DNA of 64,000 nucleotides from an uncultured Chloroflexia bacterium (lineage in GTDB: Bacteria; Chloroflexota; Limnocylindria; Limnocylindrales; CSP1-4). Made by a program: the position numbers and the translations under genes. This document shows positions 1 to 9,495 of this stretch, in pieces. Position 1 is the first letter of the stretch, and the number at the start of each line of letters is the position of its first letter. The stretch spans positions 280,855-344,854 of the forward strand of contig CAWDCJ010000001.1 in assembly GCA_963800795.1 (NCBI GenBank). The letters are read 5' to 3'. The notes beneath the pieces were generated by a model, which did no database searches, was not told the DNA's origin, and saw only the letters and a program-made list of their open reading frames with translations.

Positions 1-784
1 GGGCGCGTTCGTCCTCGGCCGCGATGTCGATGCCGGTCACGAGCCGGTCCAGGAGGGCCGCGAAGCGATCGCCGAGCGCCGCAGCCAGGAACGCCCCCCA
101 GTGGGTCCGGATCCAGCGAAGCTGGCCGCCGAGGCTGGCCGGCTCCGCCAGCGCCGGCGCCCGCAGCATCGTGACCAGGTCCTGGCTGTCCGGCCCGAAC
201 GGCGTCCGGCCGGCGAAGAAGCGGCCGAGCTCCTCGATCACGGCCCGGTAGCGCGTGGCGGCCGCCAGATCGGCGTCGTCGAACAGCTCCTGGAAGGGAT
301 CGGCGGCCGGGTTCGTGTTGGCGAGCCAGCAGTTGACCATCTCCTCGAGCGCGATCTCGCGGTTGGGCGTCCCGTCGGTCTCGCCCGCGAGGTACGCGCC
401 CACGGTCAGCTCGCCGCGGTGGACGGCGAGCGGCGGGAAGCGCTCGGTGAACCGGGCGAGGGTCGCGTCAGTCGCGTCCGTGCCGATGAGCTCGTCGAGA
501 TGGTCGAGGGCGTCGTCGATCGCCTCCGGGTCCTCCTGCTCGCGATAGATCCCGACCACCGCGTGCAGGACCTCGTCGACCAGGCCGAGGGCGTTGAGCT
601 CTCCCGGGCTGACCACCGCATCGACCACCCCATCGGCACGTCGCCGGGCGGTCATCTCCGCGGCCAGGCTGCGGACGGCGCGCAGGTTCGCCAGGACCAC
701 GTTTCCGGACAGCTCGAAGAGCGTCTCGTTCAGGCGATATCGAGCCCGTGCATCCGCCGAGACGTGGAACTCGCGCCGGCTCAT
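1..784 (-). CDS. conserved hypothetical protein, N-terminal 261 codons (gene continues past the window start)
   Basis: Absent from the ORF track because it runs off the edge. Hand translation of the minus strand: ATG at 784-782 overlaps the TGA of the upstream gene (ATGA), and the frame has no stop down to base 2. Product begins MSRREFHVSADARARYRLNETLFELSGNVV. Third codon positions are G/C-rich. Confidence 0.6.
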   Translation of the reverse strand, partial: MSRREFHVSADARARYRLNETLFELSGNVVLANLRAVRSLAAEMTARRRADGVVDAVVSPGELNALGLVDEVLHAVVGIYREQEDPEAIDDALDHLDELIGTDATDATLARFTERFPPLAVHRGELTVGAYLAGETDGTPNREIALEEMVNCWLANTNPAADPFQELFDDADLAAATRYRAVIEELGRFFAGRTPFGPDSQDLVTMLRAPALAEPASLGGQLRWIRTHWGAFLAAALGDRFAALLDRLVTGIDIAAEDERA

Positions 785-2205
785 GGCGTCACCGGGATCC
801 CGAACAGGCGGATCTCGCTGATCGGGGCCTGGGTGGTGGGGCTGCCGGTCGCGGCGGTCTTCTTGGCGGGATACCAGTCGACGATGGCGATTCGCAGCCT
901 GGTCACGCCCACGACGCCAAGCTGAGGCGGGATGTCGACCCGCTGGAATCCTTCGACGTCCAGCAGCTTGAGCGGGATGGCGATCTCGTTGTCGAACCGG
1001 ATCGTCACGTTGCGGGGTCGATCGTTGCCCAAGTAGATGTCCTGGGTGCGCTGCCAGCCGTTCCAGAGCTGGATCTGGGTGACCGCGGCCGGGGCGAAGG
1101 TGACCTCGAGCCACTGGTCCGACGGGCTCTTCGTGCCCGTCTTCCAGGACGTGGTCGGGTCACCGTCGATGGCGGCCGACGGCGGATGGTTCGCGAGCGA
1201 CGACGAGGCGGATGCCCCGGTCAACGTGAGGGCGATCGCGGGGCCGGGCGGGAGCGTCGCCGCCGCGGCCGACGGCCCGGGACTCGCGGCGGCAGCGGAG
1301 GGCGTGGCCGCGGATGCGCTCGGGAGGACGGCGCCGGCGCTCGCCGACGTAGGTGCGGACGGGCTCGCGCCCGGCGGCGCCGGCGTGGCCTTGCTCGCTC
1401 CACCGCCGAGCAGGATCGCGGCACCGCCCCCCGCGAGCACGAGGAACAGGATGCCCACGCCGACGACCAGCGAGAGCGGGTTGCGGCCCCGACGCGAAGC
1501 GGGAGCGGTCGCCTCCGGCTTGGCCGACGGGGCTGTCACCGGACGGGTGGGACCGGACGGGAACTCCCAGGTTGGCCCGGTCGCCGGCGGCGATGCGACC
1601 GGTCCCACTGCGGGCGGCGGGACGGCACCCGACGAGGTGGCAGGGCGGGCCGTCGGCGTGGCCGCTACGGGGGCCGGGGCCGTGGTCGCTGGGCCGGGCG
1701 CTGCGGTGGGCGCGGGCGCAGCGGTGGGCGGGCGCGCCGCGGAGGGCACGGGCGCGGCCGTGCGCGCCGACGCGGCGCCAGCGCGTCCCGGGACCGGCAG
1801 GCGCTCGCCGCACGAGATGCAGAACGTGCGCCCGGCCGGGTTGGCGCGGCCGCAGATCGGGCAGAGCGGGCCGGTGGTGGCCAGCGACGGCATCTCGGAC
1901 CCCACGGGTGGCGGCGCGGCCGCCGATGACGGTGCCGCGGCCGGGGCCGGGAGCTGCGAGGGTGGGACGCTGCCCGGCGAAGGGGCTGCTCCCGTGACCG
2001 GGGTCGCGACGACCGGATCGGTCGGTGCCTGCTCCGGCACCGCGGCCACCTCGGGGGCGCCGGCCTCCTCCGTGGCGAACTCCAGGAACGCGCCGCATCC
2101 GCCGCAGAACGCGTCTCCGGCCGCGTTCTGGGTGCCGCACTTCGGGCAGATCATCCGCTCGCGTTTCGCCTCCCTGCGGTCGTGGTGCCCTGAAGCGTAG
2201 CCCAC
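781..2205 (-). CDS. double zinc-ribbon / Pro-rich / single-TM protein with C-terminal discoidin (F5/8 type C)-like domain
   Basis: 474-aa ORF. CPKCG..FCGGCG and CPICG..FCISCG ribbons, a TM helix LSLVVGVGILFLVLAGGGAAILLGG, and a C-terminal AIDGDPTTSW..ISEIRLFG pattern typical of discoidin/NPCBM-like carbohydrate-binding domains. Confidence 0.8.
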   Translation of the reverse strand: MGYASGHHDRREAKRERMICPKCGTQNAAGDAFCGGCGAFLEFATEEAGAPEVAAVPEQAPTDPVVATPVTGAAPSPGSVPPSQLPAPAAAPSSAAAPPPVGSEMPSLATTGPLCPICGRANPAGRTFCISCGERLPVPGRAGAASARTAAPVPSAARPPTAAPAPTAAPGPATTAPAPVAATPTARPATSSGAVPPPAVGPVASPPATGPTWEFPSGPTRPVTAPSAKPEATAPASRRGRNPLSLVVGVGILFLVLAGGGAAILLGGGASKATPAPPGASPSAPTSASAGAVLPSASAATPSAAAASPGPSAAAATLPPGPAIALTLTGASASSSLANHPPSAAIDGDPTTSWKTGTKSPSDQWLEVTFAPAAVTQIQLWNGWQRTQDIYLGNDRPRNVTIRFDNEIAIPLKLLDVEGFQRVDIPPQLGVVGVTRLRIAIVDWYPAKKTAATGSPTTQAPISEIRLFGIPVTP

Positions 2206-2239
2206 GCCGCGGGTCGGGGCGAGCCCCTCCCGGGCGCGT

Positions 2240-4393
2240 CTACCGGCGCAGGATGATCGGCTGGCCCAGCGAGTCGCGGAAGACCTGGATCAGGCCGCTC
2301 ACCGGCGGTGCAGCCGTGCCGGCGACGACGAGGAACGGGGCCGTTGCCGGAGCGGCCGGGACGCCCGAGAGCGTGACCACCGCGCGGAGCTTACGGGGCC
2401 CCTCGATGTCGCCCGGCAGGACGAGCACCTGGGCCGTGAACGATCCCGTCGAATCCGTGAAGACCGGCGCCAGGGCGGTCGGGGTGATCCCGACCGACCA
2501 GGTCAGGGTCACGGGTGCGTTGGCGGGGAAGCCTTCCCCCGTTGCGACCGTGACGAAGCCGGGCGGACCGACCGGCGGCTCGAGGCGGAGGAGCCCGACG
2601 CCGACCGCCGCGATGAGCTGGACGACCTCCGGCGGGCCGGCATCGGACGTGACGGAGAGCTGCGCGGTGCGCGTGCCGGTCGCCGTCCCGATGAAGAGCA
2701 GACCGAGCGGGCAGGACGCACCCGGCGCGAGCGTCGTCCCGGTACAGGGGTTGGCGCTGAGGAGGAAGTCGCCTGCGTTCGGGCCGCTGATCGCGATGGC
2801 CCCGACCTGCACTGGGCCCGTGCCGACGCTCAGGATGGTCGCACTCCGCGTCACTCCCAGGGTGCCGATCGGCACGCTGCCGAAGTCAACCGGGTTCGGC
2901 GAGACGATGATCGCAGGCTTGACGACCGGCTTTGGGGTCGGTGTCGGTGTCGGCGTCGGCGTCGGCGTCGGGCTGGGCGGCGGCTGGGGCGGGCGACGAT
3001 CCCGCACGAAGATGTCGGAGTTGCCGTTCGTGTCCCCCGGGACGAGGTTCGTGGCGCTCGACTCGAACACCACGAGCTGCGCGTTGAGCGCGAACGATGG
3101 TCGCAGGCTGTCGCCATCGGCCTGTGCCGGACCCAGGCCCACGCTCACGCGGGCGAGCCGGTCGATCTCGGGACCCGCCACGAAGAGGTCGGACACCTCG
3201 TTCGAGTCGCCGGGGACCAGGTTCGTGGCGGTCGAGGCGAAGACGATGGACCGCCCGTCGGCCGAGACAGCAGGCCAGGCGCTTGGGCCGTCCGCCTCGG
3301 TCCCATCCGGCGCCACCGAGACCCGCCGGAGGGCCGACCCGGCGGTCCAGGCAAAGATGTCCGCGACCCCGTTGCCGTCACCGGGAACCAGGTTCGAGGC
3401 CGCCGACTCGAACGCGATGACGCTCCCGTCCGGCGAGATCGCGGGGTGGTCGCTCAGGGCCGTGGCCGGCTGGCCTGCGGCCGCGGAGACGAGCGTCGTG
3501 GTTAGCGATCCTCGATCGCGCCGCCAGACTTGCATCGCCGGCAGCACGCCCCGGATGTACGTCAGGCCGGCCACGCCCGATCCCAGCAGGTTCTGGCTCG
3601 AGGCGAACGCAACCACCGATCCGTCGGCGGAGATCGCGAGCGACCCGTACTGCCGCCCGGGCGGCCCGGGGATGGACGAGCCGGTCGCTGCGCTCACGGC
3701 CTCGACGTACCCGGTCGCCAGGACCAGCACGTAGAAGCCGGCCGCCAACGGCGTGTCCGAATCGGCGTACCCGTCCGACTGGAACGCCAGGACGGTTCCG
3801 TCCGCCGACAGGCGTGGGTGATGAAGTGCCGAGTACGGCAGGTTGGAGAGGCCGGGCACGTTCCCGGTGAGCGTCCCGCTGGCCGGCAGGCTCAGCCCTG
3901 CGCCCCTGGTCCAGAGCACGATCGTGGGCTGCTGGTTGGCGTTCGTCAGGCCGAATGCGACCAGGGAGCCATCCGCCGAGACGCTCGGCTCCTCGACGGC
4001 GCCCGACGGCAACGGTTTCTCGAACAGGCCCGCGCTCGGCTGCTGCGTGGCAGGGAAGATCCGGGTCGTGGTCCCTGCCGCGCGGTCGGCGAGCATGATC
4101 CCGGTGGAGGCCGTGGCGGTGCCGACGAGCGAGACGCGATAGGCGACCCACCGGCCGTCGGGACTGACCGCCGCCTCGTCGGACGCGGTGCGAAGCAGCT
4201 GGGACCCGTCCGTGTTGAGCGAGACGCGCGCTGTATCGCCCGGTTCCAGCGAGATGGCCAGCGGCGCGGCGGGACCGCCGACCCGGTTCGCCGGGCCGCC
4301 CGAGCTCGTCACCGCCGCGATGGCGGGCGCCACGGTGAGGGCGCCCACGAGCCAGGCCGCGACCGCCAGGCCGACGCGCTGGCGCGGGTTCAT
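2240..4393 (-). CDS. secreted beta-propeller protein (TolB/PD40-like repeats) with PT linker and C-terminal choice-of-anchor-D-like Ig domains
   Basis: ORF 2240..4459; I prefer the internal ATG at 4393 (MNPRQRVGLAVAAWLVGALTVAPAIAA signal peptide), which removes the overlap with the upstream gene. Repeated S.DG..vaF.S.A.NLVPGD.N...D.F motifs. C-terminal NPVDFGSVPIGT...GPNAGDFLLS segment. Confidence 0.7.
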   Translation of the reverse strand: MNPRQRVGLAVAAWLVGALTVAPAIAAVTSSGGPANRVGGPAAPLAISLEPGDTARVSLNTDGSQLLRTASDEAAVSPDGRWVAYRVSLVGTATASTGIMLADRAAGTTTRIFPATQQPSAGLFEKPLPSGAVEEPSVSADGSLVAFGLTNANQQPTIVLWTRGAGLSLPASGTLTGNVPGLSNLPYSALHHPRLSADGTVLAFQSDGYADSDTPLAAGFYVLVLATGYVEAVSAATGSSIPGPPGRQYGSLAISADGSVVAFASSQNLLGSGVAGLTYIRGVLPAMQVWRRDRGSLTTTLVSAAAGQPATALSDHPAISPDGSVIAFESAASNLVPGDGNGVADIFAWTAGSALRRVSVAPDGTEADGPSAWPAVSADGRSIVFASTATNLVPGDSNEVSDLFVAGPEIDRLARVSVGLGPAQADGDSLRPSFALNAQLVVFESSATNLVPGDTNGNSDIFVRDRRPPQPPPSPTPTPTPTPTPTPKPVVKPAIIVSPNPVDFGSVPIGTLGVTRSATILSVGTGPVQVGAIAISGPNAGDFLLSANPCTGTTLAPGASCPLGLLFIGTATGTRTAQLSVTSDAGPPEVVQLIAAVGVGLLRLEPPVGPPGFVTVATGEGFPANAPVTLTWSVGITPTALAPVFTDSTGSFTAQVLVLPGDIEGPRKLRAVVTLSGVPAAPATAPFLVVAGTAAPPVSGLIQVFRDSLGQPIILRR
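2937..2972. repeat. hexanucleotide tandem repeat (GTCGGY)x6 encoding the (PT)n linker of the propeller protein
   Basis: Read directly: gtcggt gtcggt gtcggc gtcggc gtcggc gtcggg. The minus strand translates to PTPTPTPTPTPT. Confidence 0.9.
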
Positions 4394-4418
4394 GCGGCGC
4401 ACCGGGACTCCGGCCGCC

Positions 4419-5666
4419 TCAGGGGCGGACGAACCCGTCGAAGTAGACGGACGGGTCACACGCGCCGGACGACGTGCAGGTGGCCGCGAAGACGAGCTTC
4501 TGGCCCTTCTGGATCACGATCGGCGTCACGTAGTGGAAATCGAGGTCGCGGAAGTTCTCCAGGCGGAGCGTGATCAGCACGAACCCGTCGCGCAGGAGCT
4601 GGAGCGTTCCGGACCGGCCGTTCGGATTGGCGAAGACCAGGTCGGTCATGTAGAACGTCGAGCTGAACGTCGCGGTCGACGGGTTGGACCCGTCCGCGGC
4701 CAGCCGCCCGTCCTGCGGCACGCCGTTGCCGACCGGTGCCGGTGTCGGCGTCGGCGGGCCGGCCGAAGCGGCCGGGCTTGGCGATGCGCCGGCTCCGGCC
4801 GAGGCTGCCGGCGAGGGCGACGGCGACGCGCCACCGGGCGCCGGGCTGGGTCCTCCAGCGCCGGCGGCAGCGCTCGGTCGCGGCGTGAAACCCGCGTCGG
4901 ACAGCGCCTGGGTTGCCGCGCTCTGGATGGCCGGCTGCAGGAAGAGAGCCCAGACGAGCGCAGCGAGGACGAGCAGGCCCAGCAGGGCGAGGAGCGCCGG
5001 CACGAGCCAGCGCGGCAGCATCGCCTCCTGGACCATCGTGCCGTCGAGGACGATGGGACGCCCGTCCTCGCCCGCGACGGCGACCTTGAACGGGCGCGTC
5101 TTGGGCTGGCCACGCCAGAATCGCGTCACCGGCCTGACCCGGACCTTCGCGAACCCGGCGGTGCCGGGCTCCACGACCAGGCCGGGCGGCTGCACGTCGA
5201 AGCCGAGCAGCTGGTCCGGGTCCGCCGCCGTGATCGAGGCGTTGAGGCGGGCGTTGCCGCGGTTGTCGACCGCCAGCTCGTGGGTGGCGGTGCGGCTGCC
5301 CCGGGAGGAGCGCGGGACCAGCTCGGCGAACGTGTCGCTGAAGGAGGCGACGCTGAGCACGCCCTCCTCGACGGCGGACCCGGCCGGGTCCTCCTGGGAG
5401 CGGGCGCGGATCCCGAAGGGCAGATCCCCAGACGGCGTCGTGGAAGCGCGCGGCGGGGCGAAGGAGACGACGGCGCTGCCTTCAGCTCCCGGGAACAGAG
5501 AGAGCGTCGGTGGCTCGGCGGATGCGAATGCACCCGGGTCGCCCAGGACGTCGATCGTGAACTGGTCCACGACCGTGCCGGTGTTCTTGACGGTCACCGT
5601 GCACGACACGACCGAGCCGGGCACGACCTCGAGCGCCTTCGAGGCGAGGCTGACGAGTGCTCCCAT
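4419..5666 (-). CDS. bitopic membrane protein: N-terminal tandem Ig-like (CARDB-like) modules, TM helix, Pro/Ala linker, small C-terminal beta-rich domain
   Basis: 415-aa ORF. N-terminus LEVVPGSVVSCTVTVKNTGTVVDQFTIDVLG, TM WLVPALLALLGLLVLAALVWALF, then a PSPAP-rich spacer. No family name recognised with certainty. Confidence 0.65.
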   Translation of the reverse strand: MGALVSLASKALEVVPGSVVSCTVTVKNTGTVVDQFTIDVLGDPGAFASAEPPTLSLFPGAEGSAVVSFAPPRASTTPSGDLPFGIRARSQEDPAGSAVEEGVLSVASFSDTFAELVPRSSRGSRTATHELAVDNRGNARLNASITAADPDQLLGFDVQPPGLVVEPGTAGFAKVRVRPVTRFWRGQPKTRPFKVAVAGEDGRPIVLDGTMVQEAMLPRWLVPALLALLGLLVLAALVWALFLQPAIQSAATQALSDAGFTPRPSAAAGAGGPSPAPGGASPSPSPAASAGAGASPSPAASAGPPTPTPAPVGNGVPQDGRLAADGSNPSTATFSSTFYMTDLVFANPNGRSGTLQLLRDGFVLITLRLENFRDLDFHYVTPIVIQKGQKLVFAATCTSSGACDPSVYFDGFVRP

Positions 5667-5885
5667 GGTGGCGGAGTGTAGGGGTCGCGCGAGGGCAACG
5701 CCAGCGACCGCCGGGCCATTCAGGAGGCATCGGTCGGGCAGGTCTGGCTGCCCGATCAGGCGGCCGTTATGTCTGCGTTAAGTGCCCGGAAGCGCTGGGA
5801 GTGCACGCTTCGCCGTAGCCGTCGCGGGGGCGACATTCGCCGCAACGGGCCCGTCGGGACCGCGCACGGGGAAGGGGGCATATCG
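5667..5885. promoter_or_regulatory. divergent intergenic region between the membrane-protein gene and the LuxR-type regulator (promoters not resolved)
   Basis: 219-bp non-coding gap between divergently oriented starts. GGGGAAGGGGG Shine-Dalgarno-like run just upstream of ATG 5886. Confidence 0.3.
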
Positions 5886-6563
5886 ATGTTGAGCGCCGTG
5901 CCAGTCTCCATCCGTCCCGCCGCCGCCCTGCCCGCCCGGGTCGAGCGCATCCCGGTGGCGATCGCGAGCACCGATCCGCTGTCCCGTGCCGGCCTCGCGG
6001 CACACCTGCGTGACCAGGCCGGCATCGACGTCGTCCCTGACTCTGCTGCCGGATCGGCGGCCGTGGTGGTGGTCGTCGCCGACGAGGTCGACGAGGAGAC
6101 GACCCGCGAGCTGCGGGGACTCCGGGCCGCGGGCCACGAGCGGCTCGTGCTCCTGGTGGCCAAGGTCGACGACGTCGGCCTGCTGGCGGCGGTCGAGGCC
6201 GGTGTGAGCGGCGTCGTCCGGCGGGGCCATGTGACCGGCGGCCACCTGGCGGTCGCGATCCGGGCGGCGGCGGCCGGGGAGGGGACCCTCCCACCGGACC
6301 TCCTGGGCAGGCTTCTGTCCCAAGTCGGGCGGCTCCAGCGCCAGGTGCTGCATCCGCGCGGGCTGACCTTCGCCGGCCTCACCGAGCGCGAGATCGCGGT
6401 CCTCCGCTTGCTCGCGGAGGGGCACGACACCGCGGAGGTGGGGCGCCGCCTCTTCTTCTCAGAGCGAACGGTCAAGAACGTCATCCACGACGTGACGTCG
6501 CGGCTCGACCTGCGCAACCGGACGCACGCAGTCGCCTATGCGATCCGCCAGGGGCTGATCTGA
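5886..6563 (+). CDS. LuxR/NarL-family transcriptional regulator with atypical receiver-like N-terminal domain
   Basis: ORF 5769..6563; start moved to ATG 5886, which is preceded by a purine-rich RBS. C-terminal LTEREIAVLRLLAEGHDTAEVGRRLFFSERTVKNVIHDV is a LuxR-type HTH. Confidence 0.8.
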   Translation: MLSAVPVSIRPAAALPARVERIPVAIASTDPLSRAGLAAHLRDQAGIDVVPDSAAGSAAVVVVVADEVDEETTRELRGLRAAGHERLVLLVAKVDDVGLLAAVEAGVSGVVRRGHVTGGHLAVAIRAAAAGEGTLPPDLLGRLLSQVGRLQRQVLHPRGLTFAGLTEREIAVLRLLAEGHDTAEVGRRLFFSERTVKNVIHDVTSRLDLRNRTHAVAYAIRQGLI

Positions 6564-6585
6564 CCCCCGGGTGCCGTCCGGCACG

Positions 6586-7347
6586 CTAGAGGAGCAGGTG
6601 CTCCTCGTCGTCGATGTCGGCGTCCTCGCGCTGGATCGCCAGCTTCTGGACGTCCTCTTCCTCGTCCTCGCGGGCGTCCTCACGCTGGACCGAGGCCGCC
6701 GCCGCGGTGCCCGTGTCGCCGGCCCGCCCGGTCGTCATAACCCGGTCGGCCGTCGCCTCGGCGGCTCGCTCGAACCGGTCGCTGGGGCTGCTGATCGAGA
6801 TTCCGCCGGCTGCCGGGGTGCCCTCGACGGCACCGGACCGCTGCTGGACGACGTGGGTCAGCTCGTGGGCAAGGGTTCGCGCGCCCTCCGGGGACCCCTG
6901 ATCGTGTCCGTCGCCCAGGACGATCTCGTTGCCCACCGTGTAGGCATGCGCGTCGACCGCCCGGGCGGACGCTGCGGCTCCGCCGCCCGAGTGAACCCGG
7001 ACATCCGCGAAGTCGGTTCCGAAGCTCGACTCCATTCGCCCGCGCAGCTCGGGCTCCAGCGGGGCGCCACCCCCTTTGCCCACCACGCCCTTGACCGGCG
7101 ACTGCGGCTCCGGGTCGTCCTCGAGCAGCTGCGCAATGCCGGCGTTGCCGGCCATCCGCTGGAGTCGCAGGATGGACGCGGGACCCAACGCGTCGGTCCG
7201 GCCGGCGGCGGCCGCCCGGGCGGCGAGCGCTCCCGTGGCATCTTCGTGGTCGGTCCGGCGCATGGGCTGGCGAAGCGGCGTCTCCACCTCGTGCTCGTGG
7301 CGATGCATGCTCGCGTCCTCCCGCCTGACCGTGCCGTCATCCGTCAT
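6586..7347 (-). CDS. DUF4157 (eCIS-associated zincin-like, HExxH) domain protein with acidic C-terminal tail
   Basis: ORF 6586..7455; start moved to ATG 7347 (MTDDGTV), which lies clear of the ATPase stop at 7404. LEPELRGRMESSFGTDFADVRVH ... AHELTHVVQQ is the DUF4157 signature. The tail is EDAREDEEEDVQKLAIQREDADIDDEEHLLL. Confidence 0.85.
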   Translation of the reverse strand: MTDDGTVRREDASMHRHEHEVETPLRQPMRRTDHEDATGALAARAAAAGRTDALGPASILRLQRMAGNAGIAQLLEDDPEPQSPVKGVVGKGGGAPLEPELRGRMESSFGTDFADVRVHSGGGAAASARAVDAHAYTVGNEIVLGDGHDQGSPEGARTLAHELTHVVQQRSGAVEGTPAAGGISISSPSDRFERAAEATADRVMTTGRAGDTGTAAAASVQREDAREDEEEDVQKLAIQREDADIDDEEHLLL

Positions 7348-7403
7348 CGTCGTGCCCCCGTCAATCCCCGGGTCGCCGGCCGCGCCGCCTGACGCCGGAC
7401 ACC

Positions 7404-9489
7404 TCAGCTTGTGGCGATCACGCCGAACCAGGTGCCGAACTCGGCTTCGACACACAGGCGGCCCAGCTTTCGGTATTCGCGAGCGGTCTCGCGCACGAGG
7501 TCCGCCATCGCCAGCGGCCGCTCTCCTGCCGCCGCTCGGAATGCTGCGCCGACGGCCACGTTCCTGATGTTTCCTCCCGACAGCGTGAAGCGCCGGGCCA
7601 GGAAGTCGACGTCGATATCGTCCGCCTTGGGCACACCCGCGGACAGGTTGCGCTTCCAGAGGCGGCGACGATCCTCGACATCGGGTACGGGGAAGTCGAC
7701 GATCGCGTCGAGCCGCCGGAGGAACGCCTCGTCCACGTTGGCACGGAGGTTCGTGGTGAGGACGGCCATGCCGTCGAAGACCTCCATCCGCTGGAGCAGG
7801 TAGGCCACCTCCACGTTCGCATAGCGATCCCGGGCATCCTTGACCTCGGAGCGCTTGCCGAAGATCGCGTCGGCCTCGTCGAAGAGGAGGACGCCGTTCA
7901 CCCGGTCCGCTTCGTTGAAGACCCGGTCGAGGTTCTTCTCCGTCTCGCCGATGTACTTGTCCACGATCGTCGAGAGGTCGATCACGTAGAGGTCCAGGCC
8001 GAGCGACCCCGCGATCACCTCCGCCGACATGGTCTTCCCGGTCCCGGAATCGCCGGCGAAGAGGGCGGTCACGCCGCGGCCCTTGAGCGACGTCCGGCCC
8101 AGGCCCCAGTCGTCGAGGACGCGGTCCCGGTGGCGCGCGCGCGCCGTCAGCTCGCCGAGCTGCTCGATGACCGGCGCGGGCAGGACGAGGTCCGACCAGC
8201 CGACGCGCGGCTCGATCCGGCGCGCGAGCCGGTCCAGGCCGGCCGCGTTCTGCGAGCGCGCGCCCGCCGCGACGTCGCCCACCGCGAGGGCCCGGCCGGC
8301 TGCGGCCGCCGTGAGCCGGCCCGCCTCGGCGGCCCGCTCCACCTGCTCCGGTGCCAGCCGGTAGGGGAGCGCGGCGATCGCGTTCGCCATCTCGCCGGAG
8401 GCGGATCCGTCAAGGGCCGCGTGCCACGCGTCGCGGCGTTCGGCGGGCGTCGGGAGCTCCGCCTCGACGAGGAAGGCCACGGTTCGCGACCACGCCGGGT
8501 CCCAGCCGCGCGCGCCGTGGAGGACCGTCACGCAGGCTGCCTCCGCGAACGCCCGCACGGCGGCCGGCCCGCGCTCCGCGAGCACGTCGACCGGTCCCGC
8601 GACCAGCCCGCATCCGCGGAGGCGGGCCTCGCGGATTGCCGCGGTCGCGGCATCTGCCTCCTCGCGGGGACCCAGGCGGCCCAGGTCGACCACCACCGGC
8701 GGCGGCCCCAGGCGTGCCGAGCGCTCGGGCGGCCACCGTGAGCGGCGCCGTGCCGATGCGCTCCCGCACGTAGGCCAGCCGCGCCCCGGCGCGAAGGCCG
8801 CGCTCCAGGGTCGCCGAGCCGGCGAGGTCGCGATCGGATGGCGTGACCTCGAGGGCGGCAACCAGCGGGTCGGTCGTGTCGTCGCCCACGAGATGGCCGG
8901 CAACGCGGTCGGGAACCCGGATCGCCCGGGTCAGGTACGGCCGTTCGGTGTCCTCCACGACCAGCAGGCCGCCCGCCATGAGCGGGCCCGCGACCCCGAG
9001 TCGAGCGCGCCCGGCGCCGGACGCGCCACCCGCTCCGACGAGCTCGAGGGCCAGCCCGATGCTGGCACGGCGGCGGGAGACGTCGTCGTGGAGGTATCCA
9101 TACAGGCGCTCGAAACGCGGGTCGAGGTCCGGCGCGAGCGCCACCAGGAGGAGCTCGACGTCGAGCGGCTGGAGGTCGAACGCGCGGACCAGCCGCCGCA
9201 GGCGCACATCCACCCCGGCCGCCTCGGCTGCCTCGGCCTCCGCCTCGACGACCCGGAGTCGCTCGATGGACGCGGGATCCGGCGCGGCGGGCAGGAGCGG
9301 AGCCGTCCCGCCCGCCAGCATCTCGTCCACCTGGACATCCGAAACGTACAGGCCGCGAAACCGGTCGTCGGGATCCGGGTCCGTTGCCCTCCGCCGGGCG
9401 ACCGCCGCGCGGATCCGGGCCTCGATCAGCTCGAGTCGCGCCGCGAGGTGGCCGACGGAGGCGTCGGCGACCGGGGAGACGAGTGCCAT
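7404..9489 (-). pseudogene. eCIS AAA+ ATPase (Afp15/Pvc15-like), frame-disrupted in this assembly
   Basis: The N-terminal half lies in ORF 8410..9489 (MALVSPVADASVGHLAARLELIEARI...). The C-terminal half lies in ORF 7404..8903, with Walker A GDSGTGKT, LLFDEADAIFGKRSEV and VLTTNLRANVDEAFLRRL. The frames switch around 8697-8720 next to a GGGG run. Confidence 0.85.
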
Positions 9490-9495
9490 CGGCGC

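Noticed and set aside
748-2200. Plus-strand ORFs 748..1929 and 1037..2200 (Arg-rich and Ala/Gly-rich)
   Set aside because: They are antisense to the zinc-ribbon/discoidin gene 781..2205, which has clear motifs. The Arg-Gly repeats are the complement of its Pro/Ala-rich linkers.
2937-2972. Short tandem repeats (the PT hexamers here, the AD hexamers at 14480-14506, the Pro-rich repeats at 21800-22700) as possible CRISPR or other non-coding arrays
   Set aside because: All lie inside coding regions and encode low-complexity linkers. There is no repeat-spacer organisation and no cas genes.
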